Below are positions 23,049-32,806 of a DNA stretch of 32,806 nucleotides, piece by piece. The stretch lies in the NCBI RefSeq assembly GCF_001194135.2, contig NC_068999.1:10935077-10967882 (forward strand), read 5' to 3'. The notes below the pieces were generated by a model. The model searched no databases. It was not told the DNA's origin and saw only the letters and a program-made list of their open reading frames with translations. Each line of letters opens with the position of its first letter. The first letter of the stretch is position 1. Source of the stretch: Octopus bimaculoides. Lineage: Eukaryota. The position numbers were made by a program, and so were the translations under genes.

Positions 23049-24428
23049 ACATTACCCTCTACTTTTCTGCTTCAGATACGTATATGTATATGTATATGCA
23101 TGTCTTTATATATGCATTTGCTTGTGTATGTGGATGGAACATGTCCGATAGTAAAGTAGTTATCATCGCAAACATGTGATTGTGCGTTCGATTCTCCAGC
23201 ACAAAATGTTATGAAGAATACAGAGTCAGCCATAGGTCAGTACACGAGCATATTTTACTTGATGCATATACACAAAGTATATATGTCAGTGTGTATGTTG
23301 TGATAATGTATTCGTCTATTAGCATATATATATATATATATATATATACACACTCACAATTGCACAGACACAGACACATACACACACTCACACACACATA
23401 TATGTGACTGTGTCTGTGTCTGTACACGCCTCGTTTTGATTATGTATTTCCACTCTTCCTTCATGTTACACTAACACTATATACATATAGATTTACAATT
23501 TATCATAGAATAGGAATTCGAAAAAAATAAAATAAAACTATAAAATGAACTACTTGTCACAAACGGCACCATCTCTTAAACCTCGCCAGATGAAAACGAA
23601 GAAGTCTTGAGAAAAAAAACAAGCTATTATCATGTAAAATTTCAAAGAAAGTATGTTTCTTTTCTTTTCTTTTCTTTTTTCTTTTTTTGAGAATCTTACG
23701 AAAAATATTTGAAAAATATTTAAAAATAAAATGACATGTCATTCTGGAAATTGTGGAGTGGGTGGAGATTCGACCAACACCAGACAATTACAGGTCAGGT
23801 GTCATTGGTTTCAAAGGTCATGTCATAACAATATCTTTTCTATAATATTTGGGTGGGATTTCTGTTTTGATGTTTCGTTTTCCATGTTTACGAATTTATT
23901 CTTTTATTTGTTTCAGTCGTTTTTGTCTGTCTTGATTTACGAGATTTCTTTCCTGTGTCAGCAATGACAGATTTCATGATCATGATAAAAGACATAAATA
24001 AATATATAAGTTGGAGAAAAAAAATGATGGTGACAAATCTTAAATTCGGAAATCATCACCAAACTAATGATGATTGATTCTGAGGAATGTAGTCTAACAG
24101 AGATCAATAGCAATTGATAGAATGCACTAAATGCATGACGCTATTAACAAAGATACTACCAATAATATTCTGCTAAGAATTGAGAAATAGCAATATTTAT
24201 GATGATTTTGATAACGGTAGTGGTTAAAGATGTATCTGTAACAAGGTTAACGCAAATATAATACGCTGTATAGTATAAAGAAAACATGAACTTCAGAAAT
24301 GTACAAATATTATCCAAGTACACAGCATTGTACTAAATACAAAGTGCACAATACAATCACGTTCCTTCACACATATGTACAATACACGCATATATATGCA
24401 CACATAAATACATATATACATATATAGA

Positions 24429-24464
<36 letters not shown>

Positions 24465-24683
24465 AATACAGACACACACATACACACACACAGACACACA
24501 CACACACACACACCACATATGTAGCTATGCGTCGTTGACCATCCTTTTGGGGTTAAAAAATCGAACACATATTTTTATTACATACATACATATATATATG
24601 TATATATATTTTCATATGTATATATACATACATACATACATATATATATATAATTTAGAGAAGAACCACCCATATACAATTCA

Positions 24684-24718
<35 letters not shown>

Positions 24719-25690
24719 NNNNNNNNNNNNNNNNNNNNNNNNNNNNNNNNNNNNNNNNNNNNNNNNNNNNNNNNNNNNNNNNNNNNNNNNNNNNNNNNNN
24801 NNNNNNNNNNNNNNNNNNNNNNNNNNNNNNNNNNNNNNNNNNNNNNNNNNNNNNNNNNNNNNNNNNNNNNNNNNNNNNNNNNNNNNNNNNNNNNNNNNNN
24901 NNNNNNNNNNNNNNNNNNNNNNNNNNNNNNNNNNNNNNNNNNNNNNNNNNNNNNNNNNNNNNNNNNNNNNNNNNNNNNNNNNNNNNNNNNNNNNNNNNNN
25001 NNNNNNNNNNNNNNNNNNNNNNNNNNNNNNNNNNNNNNNNNNNNNNNNNNNNNNNNNNNNNNNNNNNNNNNNNNNNNNNNNNNNNNNNNNNNNNNNNNNN
25101 NNNNNNNNNNNNNNNNNNNNNNNNNNNNNNNNNNNNNNNNNNNNNNNNNNNNNNNNNNNNNNNNNNNNNNNNNNNNNNNNNNNNNNNNNNNNNNNNNNNN
25201 NNNNNNNNNNNNNNNNNNNNNNNNNNNNNNNNNNNNNNNNNNNNNNNNNNNNNNNNNNNNNNNNNNNNNNNNNNNNNNNNNNNNNNNNNNNNNNNNNNNN
25301 NNNNNNNNNNNNNNNNNNNNNNNNNNNNNNNNNNNNNNNNNNNNNNNNNNNNNNNNNNNNNNNNNNNNNNNNNNNNNNNNNNNNNNNNNNNNNNNNNNNN
25401 NNNNNNNNNNNNNNNNNNNNNNNNNNNNNNNNNNNNNNNNNNNNNNNNNNNNNNNNNNNNNNNNNNNNNNNNNNNNNNNNNNNNNNNNNNNNNNNNNNNN
25501 NNNNNNNNNNNNNNNNNNNNNNNNNNNNNNNNNNNNNNNNNNNNNNNNNNNNNNNNNNNNNNNNNNNNNNNNNNNNNNNNNNNNNNNNNNNNNNNNNNNN
25601 NNNNNNNNNNNNNNNNNNNNNNNNNNNNNNNNNNNNNNNNNNNNNNNNNNNNNNNNNNNNNNNNNNNNNNNNNNNNNNNNNNNNNNNNNN
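24719..25690. other. assembly gap (972 N)
   Basis: N-run flanked by (AT)n on both sides. Confidence 1.
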
Positions 25691-25724
<34 letters not shown>

Positions 25725-25949
25725 ATAAAAGATTCACTGTGAAATACAGTTTGTGTTGGGCAAAAATGTAGTAGTTATATTTGGCCACTTGTAGACACAT
25801 GCAATAGCGTGAAAGATTAACATGTCATAAAATTTACGATAATTTCATGATAGAATACCACAAATGCAATGTACCACTTTTCTGTCCAACTTATGAAAAT
25901 ATTTTAATAGAGTTCTCAGAAATAAGTACAAAACTATATGAGAGAACAG

Positions 25950-26110
25950 AAGGTTATACAGCTGTGTCGGTCTTTGAGTTGACTGCAATTCACTTTATCG
26001 ATCCATAATTAAGAAACCTAATGTTGACCGGAAACTCGACCGTGGTTTGAACCCAAAACGTAAAAGGAAATAAACGAATGCTTATAAATATGATTTCACA
26101 GCCATCTTGT
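25950..26110 (-). mobile_element. highly degenerate SINE remnant
   Basis: CACTTTATCGATCC...AATGTTGACCGGAAACTCGACCGTGGTTTGAACCCAAAACGTAAAAG resembles the reverse complement of the head and core of the other SINEs in the window. Confidence 0.4.
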
Positions 26111-26236
26111 AATTAGTGCACTTACGTGACCTTTACATGGTCAACAAAAATGGTACTAGGAGGAATATAGGCAATGTACATAATTGCTAAAGGTAAACAG
26201 AGTGATATTGAGATTAAGTCAATAGTGTATATATAT

Positions 26237-26293
<57 letters not shown>

Positions 26294-26305
26294 TATATAT
26301 ATATA

Positions 26306-26650
26306 NNNNNNNNNNNNNNNNNNNNNNNNNNNNNNNNNNNNNNNNNNNNNNNNNNNNNNNNNNNNNNNNNNNNNNNNNNNNNNNNNNNNNNNNNNNNNNN
26401 NNNNNNNNNNNNNNNNNNNNNNNNNNNNNNNNNNNNNNNNNNNNNNNNNNNNNNNNNNNNNNNNNNNNNNNNNNNNNNNNNNNNNNNNNNNNNNNNNNNN
26501 NNNNNNNNNNNNNNNNNNNNNNNNNNNNNNNNNNNNNNNNNNNNNNNNNNNNNNNNNNNNNNNNNNNNNNNNNNNNNNNNNNNNNNNNNNNNNNNNNNNN
26601 NNNNNNNNNNNNNNNNNNNNNNNNNNNNNNNNNNNNNNNNNNNNNNNNNN
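26306..26650. other. assembly gap (345 N)
   Basis: N-run flanked by (AT)n. Confidence 1.
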
Positions 26651-27129
26651 TATATATATATATATATATATGAAAGAAGAAAAAATAATATGAATAAAAA
26701 TAAAAATAAAGGATAGAAACTGGACAGTTATTGAACGGATTTCTCCAATAACTCGCTTCTCTCTTATTCCATTAAATATACTTATACGTTGCCAATTCTC
26801 AATGTTAATCTTCGAAGATCACTTCTTGAAACAAACGCTTAATTTCCGGTAGTTAGCGCTACGAAAAAATCTCATGAATACGCACACAATTATAAAGATT
26901 TACAGATGCACAGACATATATGTATATAATGTCTGCTTGTGTTTTAGTGTGTGAATGTGTGGATGTGTCTGTGTGTTGTGTGCATTTGTGTGTATGTGTG
27001 AGTTTGTGTGCTTGTACATATGTATGTGATTGTTTGTGATCATGTAAATGTTGCAAGAAAGAGAAAAATGCAACGCTTGCTGCAAAATGATATTCTCTCT
27101 TCTGAAGTATACATATCTTCGCAATAACA

Positions 27130-27156
27130 ACTATACTTACATATGCACACACATGC

Positions 27157-27193
<37 letters not shown>

Positions 27194-27368
27194 TATATAC
27201 ACATATTTTTATATATATGCATATATACACATATGGATGTATATATTTGTGTTTGCGTGTATATACGTATTGCATATATACATACATATATATCTGTGTG
27301 TATACTCACACATACACATGTTCACACATATACACACATATATGTATACATATAGGTATGTGTATATA

Positions 27369-27445
<77 letters not shown>

Positions 27446-27469
27446 ATAGATAGATACATATATACATAT

Positions 27470-27546
<77 letters not shown>

Positions 27547-27580
27547 TCGACAGATAGATATATACATAAATAGATAGGCT
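27130..27580. repeat. compound (CA)n/(AT)n/(GATA)n microsatellite field
   Basis: Seen directly. Confidence 0.9.
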
Positions 27581-28504
27581 GATTCAGAGATAGTTAGGTA
27601 GATACATAGATGGAGAGAAAGATGAATATATAGATTGATCGTAATCAACACAACTGACTACTAAATTATATGACTAGTTTATTCTTAGATGCGAAATGAT
27701 ATTAATACATGGAAGACTGACAAAAGAAATATCTGTTGTAGTTTGGCAAGGAAATGTAAATTAGAACATAAACAAACTTGCTACTGTTTGCCAGGAAATA
27801 TAACTCATACATACAAGTAAATAAAGTGCACATCTTGGAATGATCTGTTTCAGACTTGGGTGAAAATCGATATGTGCGATCGGAAAATGAAAACAAATAG
27901 TCAAATACAGAGTTCAGGGAATCTAGTCATAATTTGTTTTAGCTACGATCAATAAGACTGCGTGGATTGGGTAAAGTGTGAATTTAACGATTTCAAGCAA
28001 GGACTCTCCGTCGGAGATGAAATAATCGTATTGTTTTAGATACTCTCTGATATATTCTGTATATCGTTCGGAAAGCTGTTTTAGATTTTCATGTTTCGCT
28101 TGTTGACATGTGTGTACTTGATTTTCGACCCACGTTGTCGGTAAAATAAAGGATAAATACTGGTTTCCGTAATAAAGCTCTTAATAAGTATTGTTTCCAC
28201 ATGCATAATATTGAGAATGGGATTTTAGACAGGCGTTAAATGTCTCACTCGGATTAATATTTCTGTTTTATATTTCAAAGAGAAATGCGTTAATGTCATT
28301 ACAGTATAAGATATTTCCGTTTCCTTAACCATTAAAAAAAAATTGGAATTTTAGTACTACTGCACTGCAACCTGCACAAAATTTGGCTTTTTGAGGGGAC
28401 GCACGATGTAGTTTTAATATAGTATGATGAAACAAAGTGTGTATGAATGTATGTATGTATATATTTATGTATATATGTATGTGTATATGTATGCATGTAT
28501 ATCT

Positions 28505-29024
28505 ATCTGACAGTTGGGTAAATAGATGGGTCTATTCTGGAGATGAGCTTCACCAACATTTCCGACGTCGGCAACAGAGTGGAAGAGTCATGTTGTGGGC
28601 TGGTATCACTAGACACAGATTTGTTGGCCCGCAAAGGGTACCTGAACAGGTTAGAATGACTGCAGACGCCTACTGCAATCCCCTGAGGGAGGTCTTCGAT
28701 CCCTGGCTAGATGACACAACACTGTCACTTCTAAGGAATCTCGTATTCATGCATGACAAAACTCCCTCTCTGCTAGGACCAGCCAAACATTCCTAGGATC
28801 TTACGGCATCTTCGGATCTGAACCCTATCAACAATCTTTGATCCATCATTAAACAAAATATTTATGCAAATGGACACAAATTTACACCGAAAGGTGTCTT
28901 GTGGATGCACATCAAAACTGTAGCAGAGGCAGTTCAACCTTCTCCTATTAAGAAATTGACAGATTCCATGACTAATAGGGATTTTGAAGTTATCCCTCGA
29001 AATGGCACTCATGTGGCTAAATAA
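28505..29024 (+). mobile_element. Tc1-family transposase catalytic domain and C-terminus, decayed; resembles the DD37E/TRT group
   Basis: DSWVNRWV...RRRQQSGRVMLWAGI...VGPQRVPEQVRMTADAYC...PWLDD...LVFMHD...SSDLNPINNL*SIIKQNIYANGHKFTPK...IKKLTDSMTNR...NGTHVAK*. It contains degenerate forms of the Tc1 motifs GGGGVMxWAG, FMHDNA and SPDLNPIENLW. Confidence 0.9.
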
Positions 29025-29355
29025 TTCTTTATGTCAACAACTATTATGATTTTCTGCTAATTATATGTCCAATGTATGCTTAATATATATCGTTACCCAT
29101 CATTTTCTGAAAAACAAATGCCTAAATGGGCTATTTTCATTCAAAAGCTATTAGCGTGGTTCACCCAAAAAAGCTGAAGAATCTGAAATAAAAAGAACAC
29201 GTTACACAGAATAATGAAAACGTAACAATGGTGTTGCTATATTGTGTAAACCAGCACAGAAAAGTTTTATCAAAATTGATTCACAGCAAACCCAGAAATC
29301 CTAAATTTCATTCCTAAGCTATTGGCGTGATTCTGGGTGCATATATAACCATCTA

Positions 29356-29545
29356 CGTGTGTGTGTCTGTTGTTGTTCCCCGTCACCGTTTGACAACGAG
29401 GATCGTATACGCATACCACTGATAAAATAAGCATTGGGCTTTAAAACTAGTACTGGGGTCGATTCGTTCGAATAAATTTCTTCAGGGTGTTGTTCCAGCA
29501 TGGCTGCAATTTAATTACTGAAACAAATAGAAAATAGAATAAAGA
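29356..29545 (+). mobile_element. SINE 3' half (same family as 10876-11103), diverged
   Basis: GTTCCCCGTCACCGTTTGACAAC...AGTACTGGGGTCGATTCGTTCGAATAA...TTCCAGCATGGCTGC...GAAACAAATAGAAAATAGAATAAA. Confidence 0.75.
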
Positions 29546-29784
29546 TTGGTGCACTTGAAATCAGTAGAAAACGAGTAAATAATGGATAAATATAGACACA
29601 CACTTAAAATCCTTTACGGGGATCACGTTAATTCTGACTATGAGACCGATAAACTGAAAACAAAAAAAATGCATATATATATATATATATATATGTATAT
29701 ATGGAATTATTCACACAGTAGGTGTGTGTAAATCGAATTTAGATCAACTTTGGAGTTTGACAAAAAATAAAACGTAATTTTCCA

Positions 29785-29821
<37 letters not shown>

Positions 29822-30392
29822 TTCTTTCTGTGTTTTATTCCAATCGGAAGTATGTAATCATAATAAACATGCAGAAAATTGTAAGACAGCAGTCACATAT
29901 AGAGAATCTCGAGTGATAAGTAATTGAAATGAAAATTTTATTTTACCACCATGAGATATTATCTTCAGATCGGAGACAAAAAATGACATAACGTAATTAA
30001 AGAAATAAGATAACGTAAAACCGCAAATAATAAATACGATAAAGAAGATTGTATTTCATTCAATTTCCGTTATTTAGTATATTTTTGTACCTAAACTTAA
30101 CACATGCTTAAAAGAAAATTTGTCTTTAATGTATGATATAAATACATTTTAATTTTTAATTCTCTCCCTTACCAGTGAAACTAATTTTCTCACTTTCTCA
30201 GTCACTGACACCCTCTTCTCTATCTCTCTTTCTACCTCTGTCTCTCTGTCTCTCACCTCTTCTTTAACATTCATTCTCATACTCTGTACTTCCACGTTTC
30301 GAATTTGCTCATATCGCTTATCATTTCGGATTTTTTTTTTGTCTTTTAAATTTCATGGAATTAACTTAATTTTCTTCCATTTACATCTGAAG

Positions 30393-30428
30393 ATCGTGTT
30401 TGCATTGCGGATTCAACTCGATGACGAG
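30393..30428 (+). CDS. candidate symmetric micro-exon (36 nt), product unknown
   Basis: A long pyrimidine-rich tract (30160-30390) ends TTTTCTTCCATTTACATCTGAAG|; donor GAG|GTAAAA. Open as IVFALRIQLDDE (phase 0/0) or SCLHCGFNSMT (phase 2/2). No homology recognised. Confidence 0.3.
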
Positions 30429-30644
30429 GTAAAAATCACAGGTGTACACTGATAAACACGCATACACGTACACATAAATAATCCATGTATGCGTGTCGAT
30501 GTGTAGGATTACCAATACACACATATATATATGTGTCTGTGTGTGTGTATAAATATATATATATACACATATATATATGTATATATATATATTCATACAC
30601 ACACACACACACACCCACATACACACACACCCACCCACACACAC

Positions 30645-30697
<53 letters not shown>

Positions 30698-31265
30698 CAT
30701 TGTCTCAACTTTTTTTGACAAGATTACTGCGTAGGTGTACTACGCACACATACACATGTACATGCAAATATATACATATACAATTTATGTGGGTGTTTAT
30801 CTATATATTACTATATATATGTAAGTATGAGTGACTGCATGTATGCATGCATACGAATGCACGTAGGTAAACGTGTCCTTTTATATATTTCGCAACCTAC
30901 ATATTTGTGCATAAGTGTGTATGTATCTGCGATTGTACACTTAAGTGTATGCAAATACACACAAAAGATAGAGGGTTCACAGTGTACATTTTAGAATACA
31001 CTTAAATATGCCAAACGCTGTCTGTATCTCAAATTTAGTAAGCTGATAGAGAAATATATCGATTTGTAACATTTCCTTACTGTACCTGAATAGACAAATG
31101 ATTTTTTTTATCACCACCCTTCTCTTAGCACATGATTTTGTGTGTGTGTACACGCACACACACACATAAACACACGTTAACTCACTCACACGCGCACATA
31201 GGCGCACACGCAAACACACGGAAACACACAAAACCACACAGGCGCACTCACACACAAATCGAGGC

Positions 31266-31638
31266 AATCCGTCGGTTGCGACGTCGAGGTTTCCAGTCGA
31301 TCCGATTTAACGGAACCGCCTGCTCGTGAAATTAGAGTGCTAGAGGCTGAGCTGTTCACAGACATGTGTACTCTTAGCGTAGATCTGGGTGTGATTCGGC
31401 GTGACACAGAGTGCGACAAGGCTGGCCCTTTGAATTACAGTTAAAAGAGAAACAGGAAGAAAGAGTGAGAGAAAGTTGTGGTGAAAGAATACAGCAGAGT
31501 TTGTCACTACCCTCTATCGAAGCTTCGGGGAGATTTAGGTGCTTTCTCTCAATAAGCACTCACAACACCATTCTGGGAAACGAGACGGCGATCCTATGAC
31601 CGCGAGTCCGCTGCCCTAACTACTGATCCATTGCGCCT
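31266..31638 (-). mobile_element. tRNA-derived SINE of a third family, ~370 bp
   Basis: The minus strand starts AGGCGCAATGGATCAGTAGTTAGGGCAGCGGACTCGCGGTCATAGGATCGCCGTCTCGTTTCCCAG, a tRNA-like head with A and B boxes, followed by a body unrelated to the other SINEs here. I recall it as a common octopus repeat; not verified. Confidence 0.75.
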
Positions 31639-31825
31639 ACACACACACTTATAGTTACAGAACGTCTAACTTCTCAGGGCTCAAGTGTAGCTGTATATAT
31701 ATGAAAATGGGTTCTACATTATGACTTCTGAATGATTTGTAAGATATAAATTAGAAATTGATTAGATTCGTCTTTAATATATTTCTTTGCACATACATAC
31801 ATACATACAGTGATACGTTAGCATA

Positions 31826-32551
31826 AAGCTCCGGAGTGATAGTAACATAGATAACCAAAGTATTCTATCATGGACCAACGACCGTATCGCTATTTCCCAC
31901 ATTAAAGAGTTTCTGGTTGCAATACGGGCGCAGTAAATCTCAATCAAGTATCTGATGCACAAAGGAGAGAGACGCAGGGAATATCCGAAATGTGATAACC
32001 GATGCAGACTTTGAGACGCTAATATTCAAGATGTTGACCACATCATAAGAAGCTGTTTGAAAATGTTATCAAATTTAATCTACCGATGAGATATGCTGTT
32101 GTAGCTAAGACACTGTATAATGAGATCCATCGGAAAGATAGAGCTGAGGCGAAAGGAAGAAGGACCCACTCTATGGTAGAAGGCATAGCCTCTCATGATA
32201 AGGAGTGCTGGGGAAATATCCGAGTTAAAAAGCTATAGTAAAATGTAAACGTAGTGAAGAAGGACAGAGAAGAGAAACTGTGTACAGTCGTGGAAATCAG
32301 CGCCCCAGCGGATCTTAAAATGAAGCAAAATATCAGGGAGAAAGAAAATACCTGCGGTGAAGTATCGGGAAATCTAGTAACTTTATTCACATTACAAGCT
32401 TAGGTTTATAGCTGTACTTATTGTGACACACTGCCTGAAGAAATTCAGCTCCTCAAGACCAGAAAGGAGAAAGCTGATTCGAAGCTTACGGATCTAAATC
32501 CACACTGGCACTGTAAAAATATGTTTAACATGCCAGACGTTTATCATTTAA
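31826..32551 (+). mobile_element. non-LTR retrotransposon 3' end with CCHC knuckle and restriction-like endonuclease (R4/Dong-like), decayed
   Basis: SILSWTND...FLVAIRAQ*ISIKYLMHK...KCDNRCRL*DANIQDVDHIIRSC (CxxC..H...C, second C now a TGA stop); PMRYAVVAKTLYNEI (RHD motif); DREEKLCTVVEISAPAD..IREKENT (the E of PD-(D/E)xK, with the RPD segment apparently deleted); GTVKICLT..*. Confidence 0.85.
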
Positions 32552-32806
32552 GTATATATACCCATGTCTAGACATGCATCAACAGACACGAGAATATATA
32601 CATAACACAAAGCATACACATCTGCAAATGCATTGACTCCAAATGCTACATATATACCATTGCGATGTTGTTGAGATTCCAGTAAGTTGCTTTGGGTATA
32701 GGTCAGAAAGCGGCTCTTTCGCTGTGAGCAAAAAAGTCTTTAAATAAATCTGAATAATGTTATATGTATATGTATGTATGTACATATATATATATATATA
32801 TATATA

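Noticed and set aside
6871-26716. Long ORFs consisting mostly of X
   Set aside because: They span assembly gaps and are artefacts.
14084-31638. tRNA-like A/B boxes as genuine tRNA genes
   Set aside because: All continue into SINE bodies and I could not fold an intact cloverleaf for any of them.

Overview
Eukaryotic, AT-rich, repeat-dense DNA with five N-gaps (about 2.5 kb in total). The SINE families and the density of microsatellites suggest a coleoid cephalopod, probably Octopus; this is recognition from memory, not a database result. I found no intact protein-coding gene. Almost every ORF in the supplied track comes from di-, tri- or tetranucleotide repeats or from N-runs. The real content is decayed transposons, several missed by the ORF track because of stops and frameshifts: a mariner fragment joined to an inverted copy of its own 5' end, a Penelope-like GIY-YIG fragment, a CR1/L2-group LINE, a 230-bp mariner deletion derivative with perfect 29-bp TIRs, a Tc1-family transposase resembling DD37E/TRT, an RLE-type (R4/Dong-like) LINE 3' end, and about ten tRNA-derived SINE copies, two with clear target-site duplications. 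A few short splice-site-bounded segments could be exons of a host gene with long introns, but they are near chance level. I cannot support a wholly new biological system. The best leads are rearranged or unusual mobile elements and possible dsRNA-forming inverted repeats.
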